Source: Gnetum montanum
Lineage: Eukaryota > Plantae > Gnetophyta
Length of the DNA: 61,385 nt
Assembly: GCA_015680685.1 (NCBI GenBank)
Contig: MNCI01001880.1
Coordinates: 1-61,385 of the forward strand
Direction of reading: 5' to 3'
The stretch's first letter is position 1. Every line of letters begins with the position of its first letter. Made by a program: the position numbers and the translations under genes. This document shows positions 39,822-52,750 of the stretch, one piece after another. The notes beneath the pieces were generated by a model. The model was not told where the DNA came from, ran no database searches, and saw only the letters and a program-made list of their open reading frames with translations.

Positions 39822-40449
39822 AAACCATGATTTAGGAGCCAAAGTTGATAAAAAATATTATTTTATTACTATTGTTGTAAAATAGAAATACATCTAAGCA
39901 GAATACATGTAAGGAAATAAGAAGAACATAAGAAAGGGGAAGATGTGGAATAAAAGGAATAAGGAAACAATGATCATTTGTTGCAACCAAACAAGTCGAG
40001 GAGATCTATGACTATCTTCAATTGTGCTTTCCATTCTTCATCAGTTGCATCCTTTTTGCTAAGCACTACCTTGCATCGTACCACCCATCACATAATTGCT
40101 TGATGTATGTAGTGGCACTCCTTAGTGCAACCACTGATTTCTCCAATCTTTTGAGTTATGTTTTCAGCATCTTAATTTGAATTAATCAATAATCAATATC
40201 TTTTTGCCATTCCTTCTCTTTCCTCTACATAAAACAAGATTGAAATTATGAGTTATGAACAAAAAAAATCAAATAGAAAGACAAAAAAGAAAAAGAGAAA
40301 AGAATAATAATTTCTCGCTTGAATTTGATCATTATCAATTTGAAGAAACCGTTTGCGAGACTATAGATGGCAAGACAAACATGTAGTGCTCTCTAGTTCT
40401 CCTAAAAGGTACTCTAGATCTTTGACAACTTCTAGAACATCCTTGCAAA

Positions 40450-42189
40450 TGTAGCGATAGAAAACATCAATGACTAAAACACTGAGGTCCATGGACATAA
40501 AGCTTAACCCAAAATCTATGTGAGGCCCTACTAGAGGTGGAGAAAGGGCACCTTGAATAGTCTAGTTGATCAAATAGGGACTCATCAGATGTAATGGGGG
40601 TGTAGCATGGTTAGCTGCAAAGCTGATGTGAAATAGTGCTAAGGGTGTAGATGATGCTTGCAATACTTGTGGTCTTTATGGTGTTAATGGGGTTGAGCAT
40701 AGTTAGAGGTGCTAGAGGGGATGAGTATAGTTAAGAGTTTCAACAAGGTAGATGGCGTTAACATGTGGGGACCATTATCCAAACATGGATTAAGCACATC
40801 TGTGTAATAAATACAATGAAAAATGCAAAGAAAATGCAAAGAAATAGAGAAAATAAAGTAGAATACCATCCAAAATGGGGTTAAACATAGTTGACACTAA
40901 AAGGTGATTAGAAGGTATGTGATGTACAATAGGAGCATGTGGAAAATGTAGTCACATTCCCTAGGCTATATGACAATGAAAACTGGTGTTCTACTGAGGT
41001 GTCTACATCTACTAGGTTGGCTACTATGGTGTACTGCTAGATTTGGTGTTCTGCTTGTAGTCTACCACTTCATCTATTCGCTAGTTTTCTATTATGCCTT
41101 TGGTTTTCTCCCAAGTTATTCTTAGATTTTCCAACCCTAAAAACATTAAGGGCATAGATATTTATAGGTTTAGGGTTAGCAGAAAATGTGGGATGGATGG
41201 CATGTGATGGAGGGGATGGTTGGGACTATTTTTAGCATAGTCACTATTCATGTGGTGTACCAATGGGGCTAGTGGTATTATCCTTTATTGTGCTTTGCCA
41301 GACTCTGCAAGACTGTGAGACTATGACTATGCTACCAACCACATGTGTGTGCTGAGAAGACTATAAGGTACCTAAAAAATGACACTCAGAGACTATGCTC
41401 AATAGGACTATGCTTTTCATACTCTCACATGGGGTCAAGCATAGTTACAATTTTGGGGCAACATGGGATAAAAAGAAGAAGTATTTTGCTAACTACACTT
41501 GCCGAAGATGAGTTAACTACATTCTAGAGCTAAGCTAAGTGTCATTGCTATGCTATGGAGGCTATTGGAGACTATTCTGGTTGAATATGCTCTCCACAAG
41601 CTAACTATGGTCTCATTTGGGGATGAGTGTAGACTCAATGTCGATGGAATTTTTAAGGAAAATAACTCTTTTTCTGACTACACTCTTCACGAGAGGTTGA
41701 CTACACTGCCAACTATGGGTGAGCATAGTCCTGGGACTTCCCAAAACTTGTGAAAACTTACTACCTATTGACTATGCTCTCTATGAGAGGTTGACTATGC
41801 TTCCATCTAGGAAAAATCATAGTCTCAAAACTTAGAAATTTTTTGAAAAATTGGCCTTCTTGTTGACTACACTCTCCATGGGAGGTTGACTATGCTCCTA
41901 ACTAGGATCAAGCATAGTCTTAACACTTAGTAAAATTTGTGAAAACTATCCTTTTGCTAACTATGCTCTCCATGAGAGGTTGACTACACTCTTGATTGGG
42001 GGAGAGCGTAGTATCAACACTTAAAAAAATTTGCAAGATTAGCCTTCTATTGACTACACTCTCCATGAGAAGTTGACTATGCTCTCCACAAGAGGTTGAC
42101 TATGCTCCCATCTAGGGGAGAGCATAGTCTCAACACTTAGCCAAGAATTTGTAGTTGGGATGCTATAGTCTAGATTTGGTGGTGTTTCA
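40450..42189 (-). repeat. 3' LTR of copy B
   Basis: Starts TGAAACACC right after the PPT. TATA context AACCCTAAACCTATAAATA at ~41160 resembles that in the copy C LTR. Possible end TCGCTACA at 40450. Confidence 0.55.
41676..42140. repeat. ~94-bp tandem repeat (5 copies) inside the copy B LTR
   Basis: Units start at about 41676, 41770, 41865, 41959 and 42052 with GACTAYRCTCTCCATGAGAGGTTGACTAYRCTC...GAGCRTAGTC. Confidence 0.8.
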
Positions 42190-43249
42190 TTATCCCCTCT
42201 TTGTTGAGATCTAGAGGAGTGGCCCAAGAGACATCAATAAAGAATAGCAAAACACCACAAAAAAATTGGAACCAACATTGCTATTCAATGAGTGATTGGA
42301 TGTTGTTGCACCATGCTCAAGAGTGTTGTGGATAGTAGATAGGGATGTGCTAAATGGTAGGTAAGAAGTGGAAATAAAAGGTGCAGATGATGTGCTGGGG
42401 ATAAAAGGGAAGATGAGAGGCAAACAAGATGTAATGATTCAAGGACATAACTACTAATGGTGACCATTGCACTAGAGTGGCTTGCCCTTGAAAATGTTAA
42501 CCTCTCATTAGAGTGCTTGTGAGAGAGTCGTGTTAGGCTCTAAAGCTTGATTTGAAGAGGGTGCCATGTGGTCACAACATGTGAGCATCAAAAAGGTTTA
42601 TAATTTTTTACTATGGAGGGAATGAAAGGGTATTGGGATATAGGAGTAGATGTGGGTAGGTCATGATGGGATAATTGGGATATGCACTCTTCAGAAGTTT
42701 AGCTATTCTAATCATGCACATTAGGGTGATGTGGCAAGTTACTACTGTGATGACCTTTGTACAATTTCTTGGGGCTTCATTCTACAAACACAAATCCAAG
42801 AAGAGAAGAAAACCACACAAAACAAAAGTGCAAATATACTACAAATGATAAAATATAGAAGGCCACATTAGTGACATAGGTTGTGTAGATTGCAAGTGCT
42901 TTAGTCTAGAATGGTAGTGTGATTTCTTACTTAATGTGAAAGGAGAATTGTAGTATGCTTGCTCGCTTGCTTTTAGAGGGATGGAAAAAGTTACTAATTG
43001 ATAGCAAACCCAATTTAAGGTCTTGGTGGACCATGGATTTACTAGATTAAGGTCTTGGTAATTCATGAATTTATAGTCCTAGTGGACTGTTCTATGCTAG
43101 TTTAAGATCTAAGAGGATGCATTGTGCTAGTTTAACATTGTGACCCAAGGATAAGCTATGCAATTTTAACATTGTAGTAGATGAGTTGTGCCAGTTTAAC
43201 ATCATAGAAAATGAATGCTTACCTTGCTTCATTGATGTGCAGTGCTACA

Positions 43250-46200
43250 TGTTAGATGTAGTACAACTTCAAGTATGAATGGTTTATTGGACTAGCAAAC
43301 TTGTTTCCATCTTGATCGGCAAGCTTGAATGCTCTATTATCATAGGCCTTAGTGACTAGAAAAGGCCCTTGTTGGCTAAAAATTTATCCATAGGTTCTTG
43401 AATGGCCTTGAGGACTAGGTCCCCTTTTCTAATTGAGCACTAATTATGGTTGTGATGATGCTTTGCCATTGCCTTTCTAGATGCCAATTAATGCGATTAA
43501 GCATATGCATGTGCACCTCCTCTATTGAGTCAAGGTCTACAAATCTCAACTCATTGTTCTAACCTTCATTGATGAAGTCTATGAGGATTTCCTAGAGCAA
43601 TGGAACCTAGAATTAAAGTGGAAAAACTACTTTATATCCATATACAAGGCTATAAGGAATCATACTTGTTACTATTCTATGCATCATGCAGTAGGCCCAA
43701 AGTGCATAGACTAGTTGCTCATGCCATCATTATTTGCTATTTCTTAGCATCTTCTTGAGGAGGTTGAAAATGATCTTGTTTGTGGCTTCTACTTGGCCAT
43801 TTTCTTGAGAGTAGTATGGAAATGAAAAGGAGTGTTTGATACCAAATTTCTCACAAAAGGCTTTGTTTTTAGTGTTACTAAACTCTAGTCCATTACTATG
43901 GTCATGGGCAAGCTAAAATAGGTCACTATGTTGTCCAACATGAACTTGCAAACCTACTATGATGTCATCTTCCTAAGGGAAATAACTTCAACCCACTTGG
44001 TAAAATATTCTATTTTCGTTATTATGAAGCTATGTCTTATGAAAGACTTAGGTGTTATGGGTCTGATGATGTCTAGGCTCCAGCATTGGAACAACCATGT
44101 GATTTGTTTTGTATGCAATTCAATTGGTGGCACATGCATTAAGTTGCTATGCCATTGATAAGTGTTGCACATTTTGACCTTATGAATGTAATTGCTCTCC
44201 ATGTAAGACCAATAGAAGCCTAGATATCTAATTTTTTTTGCCATTATCCTAGGTGCTATGTGACCTCTACATAGTTCTTTGTGGACTTCCTCAATGATTG
44301 TTTTTGCTTATGTAGGTTAGTAGTATGCCATCATAGGATCTGAAACATAATGTAGTATCACCTATGATGATGTACTACCATGAATGTTTATGTACTACAT
44401 CCTTTTGAGTAAGAGTTAAGTGTTGCAAATGCTTACCTTGTAGAAGGTACGCCTTGATATTGTCATACCACACTTTTGCATGGGTGGTGCTAATTGTGGC
44501 TATGGATGTGTCTTCAATGGTTTACATGATAGGTGTAGTGCAATATACCACTAAGGTGGGCAATACCTTGAACATTCCAATCACTATGCCAAGGGATAAT
44601 GTTGCAAGTGCATCGACAATGGCATTTTCACTTCAAGCGACATGTTGGACATCAGCAACTGCAAAGTGTTGGAGTAATTGTTTTACCAAGTCATAGTAAT
44701 GCTATAAATGTTGTTATCTACAAAAATAAACCTCTATTATATGATTGACCACTAGTTGTGAATCACCTTAGATCACTATGTGTTGGATCCCTATATCATG
44801 TGCTGCAAGGATACCTCAGAGGAGACCTTCGTACTTCACCACATTGTTGGTGTAAGGAAATGTGAAATGATATGTGAAGGGTTAGATTTACCTAGAGGGA
44901 AATGTGATAATAGTAGTGGCAATCCCCCTTGAAAGTTTAAAATGCAAGAGTATCTCATAGTTGTTAGGCATTTGGCTAATATTGCTAACATGCTTGTCTA
45001 GGAACTTAGGGTCTATGATGGCTTGATTGTCTACTGGTGAAGTTGTTAGTTGTGTGACTATAGCTTGACCTTTCATTGAGGCTTGTGAAATATATTATAG
45101 GTCAAACTCTACTATTATTTCGTAGATTATAGGTAATGCCTCCACCTCTTTAGTAAGAAGATTAGGGCAAGGTAATACTTTTCCATGTCATTGTATCTTG
45201 TTTCATGGGCTAATAATGCATGGCTTAGGTAGTAGATTGAGACCTCTATGCCATCATCTCATTTTTAGCAAAGAATAGAAGTAATGGACATGTTAGAAGT
45301 ATCAAGGTAGATGTAAAACACTTATCTCCTTGTAGAGGATGAATCATAGGCAGTTGTGATAACTCTTGCTTAATATTGTCAAATTCTTGTTGGTAGTAAG
45401 TAGTTCACTCAAAGTGGGCTCCTTTCTTGAGAAAATGTTGCATTGGTTGTTACTTATTGGTTAACTAGGTAATAAACCTATGTATGAACTATAGTCTACC
45501 CTGTAACCCTCATAGCTCCTTAAGGTTTGTTAGTGGTGCATATTTGGTTATGGATTTAACCTTGTTAGGATCTACACATATATCTACTTTGAATACTACA
45601 AAGCTGAGCATCCAAATTATTTTAATGTCAAAAACATATTTCTTGGGGTTTATCCTAAGATCGTGTTTTAGACAACATTTAAGCACTAAGTCTAAGTTAT
45701 TTGCATGATTGTGGGCCACTTTGGACTTAACTGCAACATCATCTGCATAGTCATTGAGCAAACTAAGCATGTAGTTGCTAAAGATGTATGTCATTGCTCA
45801 TTGGTATGTTGTTGCTATGTTCTTTAGTCCAAAAGGTATTATTATGTAGAAAAATGTACATGAGGAGGTCATGAAGGTTGCACTAAGCTAGTGGTAAGGG
45901 TTGATCCTAATCTAGTTGTAGCTCAAGAACCCATCCATGAAGGAAAATAAGTCATGTCCAGCCATGGTATCAATTAGGTGATTGATACTAGGCAACGAGA
46001 AGTCATCTTTGATGGTTTCCTTATTTAGGTCTTGAAAGACTATGCAAATGTGTATACTTTCATTTTTCTTGGGCATAATCATGATGTTGAAGACCCAATC
46101 TACATAGTCAACAACATGGATGAAACCAACTTTGTATAGCTTGGTGATCTCATCATAGACTAACAATGCGACCTCAAGTCTAACCTTATGTGCTTTCTGC

Positions 46201-46330
46201 TTAACTAGTTTGATGCAGGGATTAAGGATTATGTTATGCTGGACTAGTTAGGGATCTAGGCCCAGCATGTCCTCGTATGGCAATGCAAATGCTTCAATGT
46301 TATGAGTGTGTTGTAGTTCTAGTGAGGAGT
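43250..46330 (-). pseudogene. pol: Decayed pol (RT, RNase H, archaeal RNase H, integrase) of copy B
   Basis: ORF fragments 45912-46166, 45510-45794, 44888-45076 and 43957-44244 carry Tat/Ogre-type motifs; order is RT-RH-aRH-INT. Confidence 0.9.
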
Positions 46331-47056
46331 TTAGTTTCAGCATTCTTGCCTCATTGTTGTGTGTTACCATAGGGATCTGAACAAGGGGATCCTTCGTGAT
46401 GTCCCCCTACCTCTAGTTGAAGGCCTTAACTAGATGGTCAGGCCAATCTAGTAGTGCTTCTACAAATGCTATCTACTCATTGTAGTTTATAGGCTTGATG
46501 TCTAGGTAATGAGGGTCAATGCACCACTTAATGTCACCATAAGGCCCCATGGGGACCAAAGGTGGAAAGATCTGATCCTACATAGATATGTTATGCTTTT
46601 GCAAAATAAACCAAAAAAACATCAAGTGGCACCTATTTTGACAAAGCTAATATGCACAAATGAGAAAAAGAAATCCAATGAAATTTTCTTAAGAATTCAT
46701 GCATGTTTCTATGGGAAGTAAACATGTTTGTGCCAGTTTCAGGCCTCGGTAGGCGACGAATAAGCCAAACATGTCATTCTACGGAGGGTTGGTCATGCTT
46801 AGGAAGTGGAATTAAATTAGGAATTTATAGGGAAATGAAAAATCATGGTTTTGGGCTAAGTATGATTGACTACACTCTCATCCAACTACGCTCTCCACTG
46901 GGCATTTGGTGACAAGTGTAGTCCTAGGTTGATGGGTCATTAAATGATCTTGGGAGGGTATACAGGCATGATTTTACCATAGTAACTTGTCATTTTCTTT
47001 GTCTTTAATGCAACATTGAGAGTGTAGTATTGTTGCTACTTCTTCCTTTGTCATCA

Positions 47057-50000
47057 ATGGAGAATGTAGTCATAGGGAAGATGATGCATTAGAGTACATG
47101 CATTCACCCAAGATTGACAAACGTTGCCAAGGAAGAGAGAGTGCTGAGTTGCTTCTTGTAGGGGTGTGTGGAGGAAATGAGGCCATCGGCATTAGCTAGG
47201 TACATTAACTATGCTATCTCCCTTTTCCAATTTTTCAATTTTTATTTTTTTTCATTAGGATTGGTTGTAAGCATCACCTTGCATGCCTTGCCATGGTAGT
47301 GACTATTGTAGCTCCACATCATTTGTAGGATGGTGTACTAGTAGGGAGGTCATGGTGGTAGGGAGGATTTTGCAAGAAGGGGGGGTTTTTTGTGTCTATT
47401 TCTATTTTTGAAAGGCCTACATAGGATTAGGGCCCTACACATTGTGCCACATGGTGCAATTATGAGGGCCATGACCACTACTATGTACTGTAGTGCAACC
47501 ACTGGGGGTCGCGGCTACCATTACAAACTAGGCTGTCTTCATTACCCTTTTTTTATGTTTTGTGTGATGCAGGGCTTAGGGCTATGAGGCATAGGGCCCT
47601 GTGCATTGTGTGCCATGGTGTGGCTATAGGAGTTATAGTTTCCATTATGTGCTATTTCATGGCCACAAGGAACTATGACTACCATTACGTACCATTTTTT
47701 TCTTGTGTTGGGTGCTTAGGGCCCCATGAGTTGTGCACTATCACCATAGGGACCTTGGCCACCATTACACTCTATGCAACACGATTGTGATATATGCTAG
47801 GTTTTCACACACTATGGGGTATGCTTTCACATTATCTCTATGTACATTTTCTCTCTTGTGTTTTTTTGTTTGTTTGTTCTAGGGATAGCCTTACAGACTA
47901 TGCTCTATAATATAGGTGTAGGGTCATTAATGCCATGAATGGGATTTTGGCACATTGGAAATTACACCTAGGGTAGCGACAGTCAGGGAGAGGAAGGGCT
48001 ATAGCAAAATGTAATAGGCACAGTGGGTATGGCAATGTAGTGACATGGTGGCATGATGGGCGTGGTAGTGCAATGGTGTGGGGGCCATGATGGTGCATGG
48101 AAACTACACTCCCCACTACTGTGGTTGAGACTCTACTCTGCTCTAACATGAGACTATGCTTTCTATATGGTGAGAGCTTAGTTGTAGGGAAACTATTTGC
48201 TAAAATGTCTATTTGATTTTGGGATTATGCTCTCCACTCGGGTAATCTAGAGTTAGTAAAAAATTTTATCATTTTTGGACTATGCTCTCCACTCAGAAAT
48301 TTTAGAGTTAGTAAAAATTTTGTTAACTATGCATGGTGCTAAATTGAAAAATGTAGCACTAAGCCTATAAAAATGTGCTATACCCCAATGAGTTCTAGGT
48401 GCATCAAATGAGTTAATTGACATCCTACACCCATGGGGTCCAACATTACACATTTTACTAATTTATGATAGTAGTTGCCAAAATTGAAAAATTTGTATAT
48501 ATACAAGCATTTGCATCTATTGCATATATACTAATGCTTTGCCTATTACTTGATGATTGTAGGGTGTGGCTGAAACCCATTTTAATCTTGGTTGAGCTCA
48601 TGAGCATCCTGTGTTGCATGAGTAAACCTATCCCCAACACCCTTGCACTTGATTTGCAAGTGGATTGTTAGGCAGTGTGGTTTTGACCAAGAACCTAAGA
48701 GCTCTTGGAGTATCTATTGTAGTAATTTAGTATGATCATGTGGTTACATTCAATAGTTGAGATTGCTAATGCTATCACCAAGATGCTGCTACCTGGGGCT
48801 AACTGGAACATTTTGAAGTTTGTCTAAAATGAGTCCACTACTAATGTTGATGGGGCAAGGGGCTTAGGCAAAGGTCATAGGGGCATTTGATAGTTATCTA
48901 GAGTATGGTGCATGATAGGGTTTACTTATTATAACTAGAGAAACACCCTTTTTGTTACATAGTGGTTACATACTCTATTCCATATTCCACCTAGGATCAT
49001 ATATTGTTTTGGAGGGTAAGTGCTTTGATGGCTTATGCAATGTTTTTTACTACTTGTCCATGTTAAATTTCTAATAGTTCTATGGTTGATTTCTAGATTT
49101 AGAGTTGATGAGGATTGCCTACACAATGATCTAGATGCTCTAGCCTTAACCTACACTACCTTAGAGGTTTTCTCGTCTAGCACGAATGTTCGGGCAATTG
49201 TGATTGAGCATATTGGCCATGATCTAAAGACCTATATCTCCCATCACTTGAAGGAATATGAGTGATGTAGGACCCATGACTAGTTAGATGAGGAGTGGGC
49301 TACTGGTGAGATTAACATTAAGGAAGTGTGTGCACCACCACCCCCATCTTGCACTCTATTTACACCACATGTGTACCTACGTTTTTCGCTCATGTTCTTG
49401 CTTATGTATGTGCTTTATTTTACCTTATTTTCATGATGCTAACATTGTTTTGCTTTATGTTGGAGTGGTTTTTACCTCAGCAGAGTTTATGGTGGTCACC
49501 ACGGATCACATTGAGGCCACCCTTATCATGAAATATTAGGATGTGGAGCATGTGCAACACTGGCTATGCAACAAAGTGCTAGATGTGTTGACAAATTGGC
49601 CCATGCATGCTAGGTTAATGCACCTATTCATGACCCTTAGCCTAAGTATCCCAATGCTGAAATGATTCCCATTATCGACTCCTTCAATAATGATGTTAGG
49701 AAGTTTACCACCTAGGTGCACAACATGATGGTAGTGATGGATCTTAGCAAGGACTTCTTCACTAATCTCTTTGGCCTTCCTACTAATGGCTTGATGATTA
49801 TTGATAAGGCTAGTAAAGAGGAGATCAAGGACTAGTGGGGGGCCACTAGATCTCACAAAGGAATATCGATCAAAGATGTGTAGCTGCTTGATGTGCAAGA
49901 GCTCTACCCTCTGTTCTGCACTCTCGCCTTTCCAAAACTGCTTTCCTAAAGAAAGATCCTATGGGTGGAACAAGCATGGGTGATGAAGGACGTGTTGCTA

Positions 50001-52200
50001 GATGGTATGAGGCTCAACTAGGCCTCATACATAGCCACTAGTCTACATGAAAATATTTCTTAGCTTCAATTCAACCTAAAAAGGTTTGCATGTCCACTTC
50101 ACATTCTTCAAAGGATACCTACAAAGGTTTGCAAAGCTTCTAGTCATGTATGATGATGGAAAATGGGTGGTGTAGGACTATGAGAAACTATCCTAGCCAT
50201 GGGTCAAACATATGTTTTTGGCCACATGTGTGTAGGATCCTCTAGAGGAGATCGATGAGTCATTATCAATAACAACCAAGGTTTCTGTGGAACACACTTT
50301 ATTCATGCAATAGTGTGGGTGAGGGCCCTCTGGTTGGCACTAGGGACATGACCAAGGTGGATCGCTACATAGAAAAAATGGAGGGGCTATCTAAGGATAA
50401 GATCAAGAGGCCATGTCCTCAGGAGGAAGCTACCCCTAAGATTAGGAAGCCAAGCAGTAAAAAGATCCACATCAAGCTACAAAGATTGCATGCGAATGCT
50501 GCAAGTTAGTATGTGTAGATCCTTAGATGCCTTAGTTTCATTTATGTATATATTATTTTTTTATGTTATTCTTTTGTGCTATATTTTCAATTAGCTAATG
50601 ATGTGTTATACATGTATATGTGTTAATTATAGAAAAAGAAGAGAGGATGGAAAAAGTAACAGCTAAGCCACTAGTGGAGAAAGCATCTCCTCAAATTAGG
50701 GAGAAAGTAGCTCGTTGGGATGAGCTTCAAAAGGTAGAAAAGGCCCTTTGGTAGTTGGAAGAAGAGGGGTTGCTCCACCCTGATGGGGTGATTTTGACAC
50801 TTTGTTTGATGTCACACATCTAGGTGAATCCCTTGTACTTACACCTAAGGGCTTGTTAGGTATTCTATCTTTATTTCCATCTCTCTTCCCTTGTTTACTC
50901 TAGTATATTTAGTTATGTTAGGCCACATGCTAATTGCATCATTTTATTATAGCATTAGATATTCCCACCAACGATCCTACATCTACTTATCGCATGGAGT
51001 CATGGGTAGAGATCCTAGATAAACTTGCCTTTATGGAAGGCATTATTGAGGACATGGTGGACCACTTACAACAAGTGGACTTAGATCTAGGTATGCATGT
51101 AGTGCTATTCTGCTTTATGCTATCCTACTTACTACTTAAATGCTTAGTTTTCAGCTAAGATTAATTGTTTGTTGTATGATTATAGGTCCTAAGTTGCAGT
51201 GGGATTTGAGCAAGGTGGCAAGGATGGATGCTTTACTAGACCTTCTTTCCAAAGTTGATCAAGTGCCTTGTCACATGTATGAGGCATCAAAAAAGTGTAT
51301 TCTTTCTTGTGCAAAGTTATTATGGATTTGTAGGTGCACTAATAAGCACCTATGAAAACATGTGCATGAACTGCAGGAGAGGGTGACTAGCCAAGATGAG
51401 AAGATCAAGGATCTTCAATCCAAATATGACTTCATAGTGGCTAGATCATGGGGAGATGGCACCTAGCATACCTCTAAGATTGAGTATGCTAGGTATTAGA
51501 CAACTCTCAGAGGTAACAACAAGGACACACAAGAGCTAGTAGAGTAGTAGCTCCAAATGGATTTGTTTGCTCAGAAGAATTAGGATTGGAAGAATTACAA
51601 CGCAAAGGTTTATCAATGGAAATAGATGTAGAAGAATCACAAGCATTAGTACAAGCAGGAGCATGATGCATACCTGTGATCGTACCAAGAAGATTCTATC
51701 GAAAACCATCATCTTCAGATGTTTCTTGAGGCAACTTGTGGGAAGCAGACATATGAGTTTTTCATCTAGCATCTCCTATGAGGCAAATCATCACCCCCTT
51801 CGAAGAGGCCTCCTCTACCACATTTTCCATAGATCCACTTGCATGGACCACCATGGACAAAGGAAAGACCCTTGTGGGTATTGACTTTGGCCAAGAAGAC
51901 TAGATGTAAGATTCCAAAGCCAAGATCCTCTAGCAGTTGAAGGCTAGCCTTGGGAAGCTACCTCCATAACTCACCCATGTAGGATCCTCCTAGGTTAGTT
52001 TTTGCTACATTAGTTTTTTTATGCTTTTTATATTTTGAGTTAGCTCATATAATGCATGCTTGCTTACTAATCGTGCATATTTGTTAATGGTTTTGGTAGT
52101 TAGCAGGCGATGTTACAGGCCCCAACAACTTGATCGAGGAAGCAAAACGTCTACCCCTACCTAGCACTACTGGTTGAGAATGACCAGATGTACCTCCAAT
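47057..52200 (+). pseudogene. Multi-exon antisense accessory gene (plant mobile domain / transposon-protein-like region plus coiled coil), decayed
   Basis: Splice-like boundaries: ctag|gtac ~47200, cctcag| 49480, ttatag| ~50631, attatag| 50952, ctag|gtatgc ~51090, ttatag| 51186, ttgtag| 51333, cctag|gttagt ~51993. Peptide FFTNLFGLPTNG..ASYIATSL, followed by a charged coiled-coil region. The 5' end and domain identity are tentative. Confidence 0.55.
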
Positions 52201-52424
52201 TGGGATTTTTTACTACATTTTTGCTATGTGATACTATTCATGCTATGTATTGTTATGCATATTACATTTTCTATGGATGATAATTTGCTTAGTGCAATGT
52301 GCAAACATTTATCACTATATGATGATTTTTTCACATTTGCTATGCTTATAATGTAACCTATGCTAACATGCCTACATGATGAATTAATGCACTAGCCTAG
52401 AATTATGCAATGATAGCAATACTA

Positions 52425-52750
52425 GGCCATTTCGAGCCATAGCATGTGTTAGTTTAAATACTTGATGGGTCCCATGCTAGTTTAAGGCCAAAGTGGGAGG
52501 GCCAATACTAGTTTTTGGCCATTTTGGGCTATGTGTTGCTAGTTTAAGGCCATAGCTAGTCGAGGTGGTAGTTTAAGGCCATTCCAGGCCATAGCAAGAG
52601 GATTAAAGGCAATAGTTAAGGCCATTCTGGGTATCTAGTGATAGATTTAAGAGTGATAGTTTTTGGTAATTTTAGGCTATGTATTGCCAATTTAAGACTA
52701 TAGCAGGCCAAAGCGATAGTTTAAGGCCATTTTGGATCATGTGTTGCTAT
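52425..52750. repeat. Short GCTAGTTTAAGGCC-type tandem repeats
   Basis: About 10 degenerate copies of TAGTTTAAGGCCA; the same motif occurs at 59835-59890 in copy C. Confidence 0.75.
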
